64,000 nucleotides of DNA from Nitrosopumilus sp. (GTDB taxonomy: Archaea > Thermoproteota > Nitrososphaeria > Nitrososphaerales > Nitrosopumilaceae): positions 608,001-672,000 of the forward strand of contig OZ240211.1 of NCBI GenBank assembly GCA_965197525.1. Direction: 5' to 3'. Below, one piece after another: positions 1-8,697 of this stretch (position 1 is its first letter; each line of letters starts with the position of its first letter). Below the pieces are notes generated by a model. It ran no database searches, was not told where the DNA came from, and saw only the letters and a program-made list of their open reading frames with translations. Made by a program: the position numbers and the translations under genes.

Positions 1-845
1 TCACTCATCAGTGTAGATATCCAGATGATGCACTACTAAAACCACGAGTAGTAAACACGGTAATAGACTCAGAGGCGTTAACAAGTAAAGAGATTGATAC
101 TACCACCTGCAAGCTGTTAGAAGAAGGCAAAGAGATCTTTTTGTTACACGAGAAGAATATGATAGATGCAAAGCCAGAGTTAATTATTTCACAAAATACT
201 TGCAATGTTTGTGCACCGTATCAAGATATAGTAGATAAGGCAGTAAAATTACTGGATGTAAAACCAATGGTATTGGAGATGGATCCGCACAATATAACAG
301 AGATACTGGATTCTGTAAGAGAGTTAGGCAGCATACTGAAAAGAGATACACAGGCAGCGGGGCTAGTCCACACACTTCAAGAGCGAATAAGACGCATCAA
401 AAGATCTCATAATGAGACACCTAGAGTATTAGGAATAGAATGGATAGAACCGTTTTTTAGTGCAGGCCATTGGGTTCCTGAAATGATACAGATTGCAGGA
501 GGAACAAGCATAAAGAGTAAGACAGGCACAAGATCAAACAGATTAGACATCAACGAAATAGTACAACAAGACCCGGAGATCATCGTCCTTATGCCATGCG
601 GTTTTAACACACAAAGAACAGTATCAGAGTATAACCGAGTTTTAAGACATGACGCGCTGTGGAATACTCTGAACGCAGTTAAAAATGATAATGTCTTTGC
701 AGTTGATGCAAACTCGTTTTTTAGTAAACCAAGCATACGAACCATGCAAGGAATAGAGATTCTAGCAAAGATCATTCATCCAAAAAAGTTTGAAGACTTG
801 ATAGTTCCAAATGATGCATTTGTACACATTAAAGACCACACATGA
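1..845 (+). CDS. Cobalamin/Fe-siderophore-type ABC transporter substrate-binding protein, 5'-truncated by the window edge
   Basis: Frame is open from base 3 (THQCRYPDDALLKPRV...), upstream of the 141 start in the ORF track. Motifs PELIISQxxCxVCA, EWIEPFFSAGHWVPEMIQIAGG and VFAVDANSFFSKPSIR are typical of BtuF-like periplasmic binding proteins. Confidence 0.8.
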   Translation, partial: THQCRYPDDALLKPRVVNTVIDSEALTSKEIDTTTCKLLEEGKEIFLLHEKNMIDAKPELIISQNTCNVCAPYQDIVDKAVKLLDVKPMVLEMDPHNITEILDSVRELGSILKRDTQAAGLVHTLQERIRRIKRSHNETPRVLGIEWIEPFFSAGHWVPEMIQIAGGTSIKSKTGTRSNRLDINEIVQQDPEIIVLMPCGFNTQRTVSEYNRVLRHDALWNTLNAVKNDNVFAVDANSFFSKPSIRTMQGIEILAKIIHPKKFEDLIVPNDAFVHIKDHT

Positions 846-902
846 TGTCAGACGATACCATGCAACAGATGCAGCAAAACTATGTCAAAACATCTCTGCA
901 GA

Positions 903-2114
903 CTATTTTTGCACTGCACTAACTAGTGACACAATATCCCTATCACGCAATTGATAGTCAGTTGGCAATCTCAGATTATACCTGATATCTTTTCCATATA
1001 GTAGTCCCTTTATCAGGTCAGTGTGAATCTCTTTTGCAAGATCACTTATTGTGGCACCATCCTTTAGCAAGATCAGGTCAGGGAGCACTCTGCCATTTTT
1101 ATCAGCAAGATTCTTTGCGTCAGCAACAGGGTATATCGAATTCATCTTTAGTAGTTTAAAGACTGCAATATTGATCGCAAATTGGACACCTGTTCGCATG
1201 TATTCACCCATGATTCCTTTTTTGATAAAATTAAGCGCATCTATCTGCTTTGTATTGAGTTGATCCGGTTTTAGAATGGTAAACTCTTCAGAACCCGGAG
1301 AGTATTTTATCAAACCCTTCTGCTCTGCACGTCTTAGACTAAACTCACTGTCTCCACTTACAGGTATCACAATGGAGTCATTATAACGTTCTTGTAGTCT
1401 AGCAAAGTTTTTTTCTGCGCCATCGACATCAACTTTGTTTGCTACAATAAGCGTGGGTTTTGAAATCTTTCGCAAATATTGTGCAAATTTTTTGGTATCA
1501 GTCATATCAAAATTATCAAACGGTTTGTCGACAAGACCGGTTGCTGTAAGTGCGTCGTGTACGTGATGTTTTTTGACACCAATTCCTCGATAGAGATCAG
1601 TTATAGCATCAGAGATATCAGAACTAGTTTTCACTAGCTTGGATACTTTATCCCTATTACCTTCGAGAATTTTATGATACCACATGATAAGCTCCTCTTC
1701 AATATCTGCAAAATCAGATATAGGATCACCGGTTCCAACCTTAGTTATCTTACCTGTAGAATCAATTCCGCCTGATGCATCAACTACATGTAACAACGCA
1801 TCAGACTGTGCTGCAATGGATAAAAACTGGTTTCCAAGACCTTTGCCTTTCCAGGCATCTTTGATTAAACCAGGTAAATCAATTAGATCTATTGGTATGT
1901 ATCTCCAACCATCAACGCATTTTGAGTTGTTAGGATTATCTTGAATCTTAAATTCAGGATGTACACATAGTGTGATTGCATGTGCTGTTCCAGAGACAGG
2001 TGATTTAGTGGTAAACGGATATGATGAAATTTTTTCAGATGACATGGTAGCAGAATTAAAAAACGTGGTTTTTCCAGTATTGGTTTTACCAATTAATCCA
2101 AGTCTTATAGGCAT
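903..2114 (-). CDS. ychF: Obg-family GTPase/ATPase (YchF/Ygr210-like) with C-terminal TGS domain
   Basis: GKTNTGKTT P-loop, YPFTT switch I, DLPGL, NKVD and TGS-like tail AKEIHTDL. Confidence 0.85.
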   Translation of the reverse strand: MPIRLGLIGKTNTGKTTFFNSATMSSEKISSYPFTTKSPVSGTAHAITLCVHPEFKIQDNPNNSKCVDGWRYIPIDLIDLPGLIKDAWKGKGLGNQFLSIAAQSDALLHVVDASGGIDSTGKITKVGTGDPISDFADIEEELIMWYHKILEGNRDKVSKLVKTSSDISDAITDLYRGIGVKKHHVHDALTATGLVDKPFDNFDMTDTKKFAQYLRKISKPTLIVANKVDVDGAEKNFARLQERYNDSIVIPVSGDSEFSLRRAEQKGLIKYSPGSEEFTILKPDQLNTKQIDALNFIKKGIMGEYMRTGVQFAINIAVFKLLKMNSIYPVADAKNLADKNGRVLPDLILLKDGATISDLAKEIHTDLIKGLLYGKDIRYNLRLPTDYQLRDRDIVSLVSAVQK

Positions 2115-2319
2115 GATAGCAATATAGTTATCACACTAGAATATTTATCTCTGCCTAAGTTCAGAGTACCCAACATGTTATTTAGATGGCACATACTAAA
2201 AGAAAAGAACAGAACAAGACGTAAATTGTTTGATGATCATAGAGTTGTTTTAGGAAGATAAAGACATGGAATTTACAAAATGGTAAAATAATGAAATAAA
2301 ATACAAGAAAAAATCACCA

Positions 2320-3474
2320 TCATGCTATTGTAACATCCAAGACATCAAATCTTGTGCATTCACATGGAACGTCAAGAATTTGTGACACGCCAAGTGTAAA
2401 TTCATCACCTGTTACAAACCGCTTTATTGGAAGACCACCTTGGACATGGACGAGCAGGATAAACGTATTCCTAGAGGTTTTTCTATATTTTAAAGAAAAG
2501 ATCTTTCTCTCATAGCGCTTGCCTGATTTATCATAAAATATTGCAGGCTCCTTTGGAAGATTTTTGAGATTTTTGAGAGTATGAGAGTTAATAGTTTGAG
2601 ATGGAGCAACAGTAACAGTGACATACAGACGCACTACTGAGTTGAATCGTAGTGGCACAGTTGGAGATTTTGGAACTAGTTTAAGATTAGTAATAGCAAC
2701 AGAGTCAGTACATTTATCAGATATGGTAAGAACTCGTCTAGATGGATTTTTAATCTTGACAAAAAACGGTCTGCCACTTCCTAAAACGAGACTAGAGTCA
2801 TCCTCTCCTCCAATCCAAGTGAATTTTGCAGTACTGCCACCGAAATGCTCAAAGATAAATTGAGAGATTACACCCTCGACACTGTTAAATTCAGTAATTC
2901 CATGAAGATGACACGTTTTGCATCCTCGTCCATGGCAGTTATTGCATGGCTTTTGCTTTTGTGTAAACCCTTTCTGTGTTTTAGTATATCTACCAGATAT
3001 AGTAATAGATTTTGATCGTATCTCACATGATTCATCCTTAAAATTCAATATCATAGTAATGTCAGGATCAATATGATCAACTGGTTTTTTTGTCTTTTTA
3101 GAGAACATCTTTACCAACTCTTTTGTAATGTCAGTCTTTATACTGTCTACACCTTTTAGCTTGTATTGAGAACGGATATAATCATCTCTATCAACAATCG
3201 ATGGTTTAATCATGGCGCCCACACTAAACGATGTGTATTGATAATTTGTAGAGCAGGCAAGCATCAATTCTAAAAACTTATTCATGCAAGAAAACAAATC
3301 TTTGCATATGTAACACCGGCCTATAGAATCAGAATGTTGTAGTTTTTTGCCAAGAAGTTTGTTTGATGATAGATGCAAACTCTTGGAGAACAATCTGCCA
3401 AGGCAGTAATTACACATATTATGTTTTGCCAGGATTGTGTTTGCAATTGGAACAATTTTCGTATAACCAAACAT
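2320..3474 (-). CDS. pus10: tRNA pseudouridine(54/55) synthase Pus10
   Basis: N-terminal CxxCLGR Zn site, THUMP-like region, GRYxK motif, GGED catalytic loop, GRPF and GGLPIKRFVTG. Confidence 0.85.
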   Translation of the reverse strand: MFGYTKIVPIANTILAKHNMCNYCLGRLFSKSLHLSSNKLLGKKLQHSDSIGRCYICKDLFSCMNKFLELMLACSTNYQYTSFSVGAMIKPSIVDRDDYIRSQYKLKGVDSIKTDITKELVKMFSKKTKKPVDHIDPDITMILNFKDESCEIRSKSITISGRYTKTQKGFTQKQKPCNNCHGRGCKTCHLHGITEFNSVEGVISQFIFEHFGGSTAKFTWIGGEDDSSLVLGSGRPFFVKIKNPSRRVLTISDKCTDSVAITNLKLVPKSPTVPLRFNSVVRLYVTVTVAPSQTINSHTLKNLKNLPKEPAIFYDKSGKRYERKIFSLKYRKTSRNTFILLVHVQGGLPIKRFVTGDEFTLGVSQILDVPCECTRFDVLDVTIA

Positions 3475-3490
3475 ATTTGACAGCCTGCCA

Positions 3491-4816
3491 TTATCCTAAG
3501 CCTAGCTTTCTTAGGGTGCCTTTCATTTGACGGCCTTTGGAAGATTTCATTAAATGTTTAGAGGCATTGTAATTTTTCACCAATTCTTTGACCTCTCCTT
3601 CAGGCCATCCGGAGCCGCGAGCAATCCTAGTATATCGTGATTTGTTTAACAGAGCAGGATTAGCTTTCTCTTCTTTTGTCATACTTTGAATGATATATCG
3701 CCATTTTGAAACTCTTCCTTCCATTTGACTGAGTTGGTCAGTCTTTACCATACCAGAGAGGCTAGGCATACTATCGACTAGTCCTTGCAGAGAGCCAACT
3801 TTGGTTACCTCTTCGAGCTGGTAAAAAAAATCATCCATGTTCATCTTGCCACTGGTAATTCTTTGCATTCTCACATCATCACCTTCTTCTTCCAAACGTT
3901 TAGCTAAATCCAGAACTGCTTGAATATCGCCCAGTCCAAGCAATCTGCCAACAAATCTAGTCGATGAGAACTTTTCTAAATCATCAATTCGCTCACCTGT
4001 TCCAATGTACATTATTTGAGCACCGGTAGCAGTTGATGCTGCAAGCGCACCTCCGCCTTTGGCAGAGCTGTCCAATTTTGTAACTATGACACCTCCTACA
4101 GGAATGGTTTTGTGGAATGCCTCTGCCTGATTAAGACACTGTTGCCCTATTGTCCCATCAATTACCAGTAATGCTAAATCAGGCTGTGCAATATGGTTTA
4201 TCTGTTTCATCTCGTCAAGCAGGGTGTGTTCTTCTTTGTGGCGACCTGCAGTATCAATTAAGATAATATCTGTTGGTTTACCTGCAAAATGCTTTAGTCC
4301 GTTTTTTACAATATCCGGAGAATCTTTATTGTTTTCTTCACCATACACCTCTACATGTGATTTGTCACACATGGTTTTGAGTTGAACCAAAGCCCCTGGT
4401 CTGTGGGTATCAGCACCAATAACGCCTACTTTGTATCCTTGTCTGGTTAAAAACCTAGCAAGTTTTGATGCAACAGTAGTCTTGCCACTGCCTTGAATTC
4501 CCAAGAGAACAATCTTGTTCTGTTTTCCTGGTTGAAAATCAAAGTCTGACTCTTTGCCCAGTAATTTTGATAGCTCATCGTGAAGAATCTTTACAATATG
4601 ATCCTTACGGGACAGTCCCGGTGGCGGAACTTCGTTTATTGCCCTATCCTCCAACCGTTCAGTGATTTTGAGGATAAGGTGTATGTTAACGTCAGCTGCA
4701 ATCAATGCTTTTTGAACATCGTTTGCAAGTTCCTTGATTAGATCTTTGTCCACCCCTGATGATTTTACAATCTTTTTGATTGCAGCACCAAGGCTGGTCT
4801 TTAGGTTATCAAGCAT
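3491..4816 (-). CDS. srp54: Signal recognition particle protein SRP54
   Basis: GIQGSGKTT, DTAGR, TKLD and GTGE motifs plus a Met-rich M domain (RIARGSG). Confidence 0.97.
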   Translation of the reverse strand: MLDNLKTSLGAAIKKIVKSSGVDKDLIKELANDVQKALIAADVNIHLILKITERLEDRAINEVPPPGLSRKDHIVKILHDELSKLLGKESDFDFQPGKQNKIVLLGIQGSGKTTVASKLARFLTRQGYKVGVIGADTHRPGALVQLKTMCDKSHVEVYGEENNKDSPDIVKNGLKHFAGKPTDIILIDTAGRHKEEHTLLDEMKQINHIAQPDLALLVIDGTIGQQCLNQAEAFHKTIPVGGVIVTKLDSSAKGGGALAASTATGAQIMYIGTGERIDDLEKFSSTRFVGRLLGLGDIQAVLDLAKRLEEEGDDVRMQRITSGKMNMDDFFYQLEEVTKVGSLQGLVDSMPSLSGMVKTDQLSQMEGRVSKWRYIIQSMTKEEKANPALLNKSRYTRIARGSGWPEGEVKELVKNYNASKHLMKSSKGRQMKGTLRKLGLG

Positions 4817-5495
4817 GATAATTCAATTCCGCGTCCACTATTTCAAACCTTCCCCTATATCCGTCCCAGTTTTTTTGAGACTGTTTTATCTTTATTGAAT
4901 GTGTGAATAAAGGACAGTCAATTACAAACGTCTCTGCCTCACCTCCTTCAAAATTCAAGTTAAATCCAAATTTTGCAGATAGGCGTGATAGGGTTTGTAC
5001 ATCCTCTGCTGTAAGGATTCGTCCCAACCATGAATCATCCAATCCATCAGATGATACACTAGTCATCATAAAATCAAATCTTTGGACTAGTTGAGTCATA
5101 TATTCGAGTGGAGGCACGCCCCATAACGGTGATACGGCAGTTAGATTTAGTTTAGAGCATATGTCCCCAAATTTCTTTTTTTGAAATTGGCTCTTTATTC
5201 CACCATGAACCAGTCCTGAAATGTCAAACTGTTGTTTTGCATTCTGAATCAAATCTTCGAGGATGCAGATCTCTTTGTCAGTATCATCAGAGTCACACGT
5301 TGCCACTAGTTGAGGAATCCCCATAGACTGAGATTGTAGTTTTGTCCACTTGATATTTGGGTGGTGTAACAGATGGCTCTCACCAGAACTAGGGAACAGA
5401 CTTAGTAGACATGTAATGGTATGACCCTGATTTTGTGCTTGATATATTGCAGAGGTACTGTCCTTTCCACCTGAAAAGAGTGATGCTAGATTCAT
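4809..5495 (-). CDS. dph6: Diphthine-ammonia ligase family ATP pyrophosphatase
   Basis: SGGKDS PP-loop and EGGEAET motif. Confidence 0.9.
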   Translation of the reverse strand: MNLASLFSGGKDSTSAIYQAQNQGHTITCLLSLFPSSGESHLLHHPNIKWTKLQSQSMGIPQLVATCDSDDTDKEICILEDLIQNAKQQFDISGLVHGGIKSQFQKKKFGDICSKLNLTAVSPLWGVPPLEYMTQLVQRFDFMMTSVSSDGLDDSWLGRILTAEDVQTLSRLSAKFGFNLNFEGGEAETFVIDCPLFTHSIKIKQSQKNWDGYRGRFEIVDAELNYHA

Positions 5496-5689
5496 GATGA
5501 TATGATCGTTATGAAAGAAATTATGATAATAATGTATGGTAATAATTGTTGGCAGGTTAAATGAATGTAAAAATATGATGCTTCATAACTCATAATCCTC
5601 ATCAACATTCAGATGGCCTAATGCCCATTAGCATATAGTAGCCATCAGCATTCAGATGGCTTTTCCGCTCATCATCAGCATCATCTCTA

Positions 5690-6100
5690 TTAGTTCTTTA
5701 TACGCATGATTTTAATTTTGTCCATAACGACCCAATATTCCACATTCTGCCCGTTATCCAATTTACCTTTGACCTCATCATCAATCAGACTAACATCAAT
5801 AGTCTCAAACGTTTCAGAGTCCATAATTTGAACCAGGTCACCGTTGATGGATATAATCTGGCCGACTTTTTTGTTAATCATGGGAACGTGAATCTGCATA
5901 CTGACAGGACCTACGTGAGGTCTCTTTTGACCATCAAAGATTCCCTCGGCCACAATCCGTGCTTTGGCTGCACCGTGTTTACCGGGTTTTGATGTATCGT
6001 ACTCTACAATTCGGCACGGTTCCCCACTTGGTTGATCAGAGTGAGGTAACAGAATATAGGAGCCAATCTTTAATGAACCAAGATCAGATGGTTTGCTCAT
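5690..6100 (-). CDS. eif5a: Translation factor aIF-5A
   Basis: Hypusine motif SKPGKHGAAK. Confidence 0.97.
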   Translation of the reverse strand: MSKPSDLGSLKIGSYILLPHSDQPSGEPCRIVEYDTSKPGKHGAAKARIVAEGIFDGQKRPHVGPVSMQIHVPMINKKVGQIISINGDLVQIMDSETFETIDVSLIDDEVKGKLDNGQNVEYWVVMDKIKIMRIKN

Positions 6101-6215
6101 AAAAAAACTGATTTTACTTGAATGTTTTAAAGGTTTACACGTGAATTTTGGGGATTATATACATGGGTATACTTGGTTCGGTTCTGTTAACTTTCGAGGG
6201 GTAATCTAACTTTGA

Positions 6216-6653
6216 TTATCTTAAATCCGCCTTGTAAATGTGATCTTTGAGATCGGTTGTGTTGGTATCGATCAAAGCGGATATTTCCTTATGTTCTTGT
6301 TGTGTTGGCTCTCTTTTATACCACTGTTGAAAATAAGACAATGCAGCACATTTAAGAAAACCTATACCTACACCATATTGAAAATCTCTATTGTTTTGAA
6401 TTAGTGGTTCGTTAGTTATTGGATCCTTGATATTTGTTACTGTAGTTGGAGGTTTGCTGGATATCAAATCTTTTTGAAGTTTTTGTGTAACTTCTTCTAT
6501 CAAGGCCTTGGTAAAATCTAGTTTTAACTCAGTCAACAGAGTATTTTTTCTTGTGTTGTTTAATATCTTCTTCGGTGTACATATGAAAACAGTTGCCAGC
6601 CCATTCCATGCATGCTTGAATCCATTCTGGTGTAGGTGGTTCTGCCATATCAA
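6216..6653 (-). CDS. Hypothetical passenger protein
   Basis: 145-aa ORF with no recognisable motif, inside the putative element. Confidence 0.5.
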   Translation of the reverse strand: MIWQNHLHQNGFKHAWNGLATVFICTPKKILNNTRKNTLLTELKLDFTKALIEEVTQKLQKDLISSKPPTTVTNIKDPITNEPLIQNNRDFQYGVGIGFLKCAALSYFQQWYKREPTQQEHKEISALIDTNTTDLKDHIYKADLR

Positions 6654-6798
6654 AAAACAATCATACCAAGTTAAAGGTATTATTTTATGATTTCATCAAG
6701 GCTTGCATTCTGAATTATGGTTTTCCATTTGTTGTCGCCTTTGATTCTAAAACAAATAATGTCATAATTGTTGTTGTAGTTACCTCGTGCGTTTCATA

Positions 6799-6960
6799 TT
6801 AGTCCACCGTAATTTTGTTGCCCTTGATTCTGAACGTTACCTTGTCAGGCTCGCCTAGCATATCCACTATCGGTTTTGGTACTATGCACATCGATCCTCT
6901 GGATCTGTCAATGAACAGGCTTACCGTAAACTCCGTCTCGTCCTTCTTCCATCTTGTCAT
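6799..6960 (-). CDS. Small AbrB/MazE-like swapped-hairpin DNA-binding protein (53 aa)
   Basis: MTRWKKDETEFTVSLFIDRSRGSMCIVPKPIVDMLGEPDKVTFRIKGNKITVD fits the AbrB pattern (xVPKPIxxxLG..VxF). ATG at 6960 is preferred over the longer track start. Confidence 0.7.
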   Translation of the reverse strand: MTRWKKDETEFTVSLFIDRSRGSMCIVPKPIVDMLGEPDKVTFRIKGNKITVD

Positions 6961-6979
6961 AATATTCCTGAATGTTAGT

Positions 6980-7018
6980 GTTATATTAACCATATGGTTA
7001 AAGTAATGTTAATATAAC
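6980..7018. promoter_or_regulatory. Back-to-back TATA-like boxes forming an 11-bp inverted repeat between the AbrB-like gene and the tRNA
   Basis: GTTATATTAAC (6980-6990) and GTTAATATAAC (7008-7018) are exact reverse complements with a 17-bp spacer. Confidence 0.55.
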
Positions 7019-7039
7019 CCTAAGGATAATATTATTCAT

Positions 7040-7125
7040 GACAGGATTGCTTAGCAAGGTTAAAGCGACAGATTCAGAATCTGTGTCTCTCGCCGAGATC
7101 GTGGGTTCGAATCCCACTCCTGTCG
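7040..7125 (+). tRNA. Class II tRNA with anticodon CAG (nominally tRNA-Leu), atypical G73 and A37
   Basis: Cloverleaf: acceptor GACAGGA/TCCTGTC, D-stem GCTT/AAGC, anticodon stem ACAGA/TCTGT with loop TTCAGAA, 16-nt variable arm, T arm GTGGG-TTCGAAT-CCCAC, discriminator G. Confidence 0.9.
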
Positions 7126-7174
7126 CTACTTTTGATTCTTTTTGTGTTATATTAATTTTTGAGGTGTCAGCGAT

Positions 7175-8176
7175 ATGAATGCAAGACAGACAAGAGGTCA
7201 GATCAGTATGAGATATATGAATAAAAACAAGAAAGACACACAAGCACCAAGTAAATCATTTAGAAAAGGCATCACATTGATGGAATTATTCAGGATGTTT
7301 CCTGATAATGATACTGCAGAGAAATGGTTTGAGTCTAGAATATGGAAAGATGGCAGAAGGTGCCCTACCTGTAATAACCCAGACACAAAAGAGGCAAAAC
7401 ATCCAAAGATGCCTTATCGGTGTTATGTTTGTCACAGTTATTTCAGTGTTAAAAAAGGGACTGTCATGGAACAGTCAAAAATATCATATCAGCATTGGGC
7501 TATAGCTACCTATCTTTTTGCCGTAAATCTAAAGGGTGTGTCATCTATGAAGATACATAGAGACCTAGGAATAACACAAAAATCAGCTTGGTTCTTGGTT
7601 CATCGTTTAAGAGAATCATGGAAAATGTTGGCAGGAGTTGACTCTATGACTGGTCCAGTTGAAATAGATGAGGTATACCTGGGAGGCAAAGAAAAAAATA
7701 AACACGCAGACAAAAAACAGTCCAAAGGTCAAGGTGGTAAAAACATGACTGCAGTAATCGGAATAAAAGACAGAGCAACTAACAAAATATCTGCTCAACC
7801 AGTACCAGAGACAACCAGAGCCAGACTAGAGAATTTTGTAGAATCCAAGACGACACAAACTGTTACAAAGTACACTGATGAGAATCCAGCTTATAGTGAA
7901 CTGTCAAATCACGAATCTGTGAGGCATTCTGTAGGTGAATATGTCAGAGGACAAGCCCATATCAACGGACTTGAATCATTCTGGTCAATGGTCAGACGTG
8001 GATATGACGGCATATACCATCACATTTCAGAAGATCATCTGCACCGATACATCAACGAGTTCGCAGGACGTCACAACGTCAGAAGCATGGACACAATAGA
8101 CATGATGAGTGAGGTAGCAGAGAACATGATAGGGCATAGATTAACCTACAAGGACTTGATAGGTCAGGGGATTTGA
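7175..8176 (+). CDS. IS1595-family DDE transposase
   Basis: N-terminal Zn ribbon (CPTC...CYVC), HTH, then VEIDEVYLGG, YTDENPAY, HINGLESFWS and HLHRYINEF.GRHN. The D-D-E triad appears intact. Confidence 0.92.
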   Translation: MNARQTRGQISMRYMNKNKKDTQAPSKSFRKGITLMELFRMFPDNDTAEKWFESRIWKDGRRCPTCNNPDTKEAKHPKMPYRCYVCHSYFSVKKGTVMEQSKISYQHWAIATYLFAVNLKGVSSMKIHRDLGITQKSAWFLVHRLRESWKMLAGVDSMTGPVEIDEVYLGGKEKNKHADKKQSKGQGGKNMTAVIGIKDRATNKISAQPVPETTRARLENFVESKTTQTVTKYTDENPAYSELSNHESVRHSVGEYVRGQAHINGLESFWSMVRRGYDGIYHHISEDHLHRYINEFAGRHNVRSMDTIDMMSEVAENMIGHRLTYKDLIGQGI

Positions 8177-8187
8177 TCCATGTTCTA

Positions 8188-8439
8188 TTATTTTGATTGT
8201 TGATTTACATATTCATAAATAGAGTCAAAAAATTCTTCCTTCAACCCAATATCTACTAATTGATCTTCCACTAACTCGGAATTAACACTATCTTTTTTGT
8301 CAACAAACACTTCCATTGAAGAAATGATTGAATGATGGAGATAATAAACAAATTCACTATCGGCTTCGGTAATACGCAGAAATCCTAATATAGAAAAAAC
8401 CGATAGCATTTTTTTAGGTTCGTAACTACTTTGTTTCAA
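8188..8439 (-). CDS. Small protein with HicA-like residue pattern, lacking the GSH catalytic His
   Basis: Helix-LGF-strand pattern and ending ..IGLKEEFF recall HicA. It lies directly downstream of a HicB-like gene. Confidence 0.4.
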   Translation of the reverse strand: MKQSSYEPKKMLSVFSILGFLRITEADSEFVYYLHHSIISSMEVFVDKKDSVNSELVEDQLVDIGLKEEFFDSIYEYVNQQSK

Positions 8440-8463
8440 GATCTTCTCCTATGGTAGAAGACC

Positions 8464-8631
8464 TTAATGTGTCAATATTTCTGGGTGTCTGTGTATGTAC
8501 ATCGTCACAGCCTCATGTATTTTTTTCATTGCCTCGTCCTCTGTTTTAGCAAAAACACGAACAGGTTTCATAGCAGGGCAAAACGCCATAAAACCCCCTT
8601 CCACTGACTTCATTTGAAACGTGTATTGCAT
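8464..8631 (-). CDS. HicB-family antitoxin-like protein (55 aa, not in the ORF track)
   Basis: Hand translation MQYTFQMKSVEGGFMAFCPAMKPVRVFAKTEDEAMKKIHEAVTMYIHRHPEILTH matches the HicB N-terminal pattern (EGGF.A.CP...T..EA...I.EA). Confidence 0.7.
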   Translation of the reverse strand: MQYTFQMKSVEGGFMAFCPAMKPVRVFAKTEDEAMKKIHEAVTMYIHRHPEILTH

Positions 8632-8697
8632 TATGAACACATACCATAATTACCTAATATACACTGCAAGGCGTTGTTTAAAAAGATTGTTAACAGG

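Noticed and set aside
5600-5660. Two 18-bp direct repeats CATCA(A/G)CATTCAGATGGC, 43 bp apart
   Set aside because: Only two units in a CAT-rich low-complexity tract, with no array, leader or cas genes. Not a CRISPR.
7073-7079. TCA within the anticodon loop, suggesting tRNA-Sec
   Set aside because: Stem symmetry centres the loop on CAG, and the acceptor and T stems are a normal 7/5, not Sec-like.
6998-7243. 81-aa minus-strand ORF containing GFEPT
   Set aside because: Antisense translation of the tRNA T-loop, a well-known artefact.
6150-8654. GGGGATTAT (6150) and ATAATTACC (8646-8654) as ISNwi-like TIRs for the IS1595 element
   Set aside because: Only GG..ATTAT matches and similarity does not extend. 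The GGTTCTGT-type end at 6180 is much better supported.
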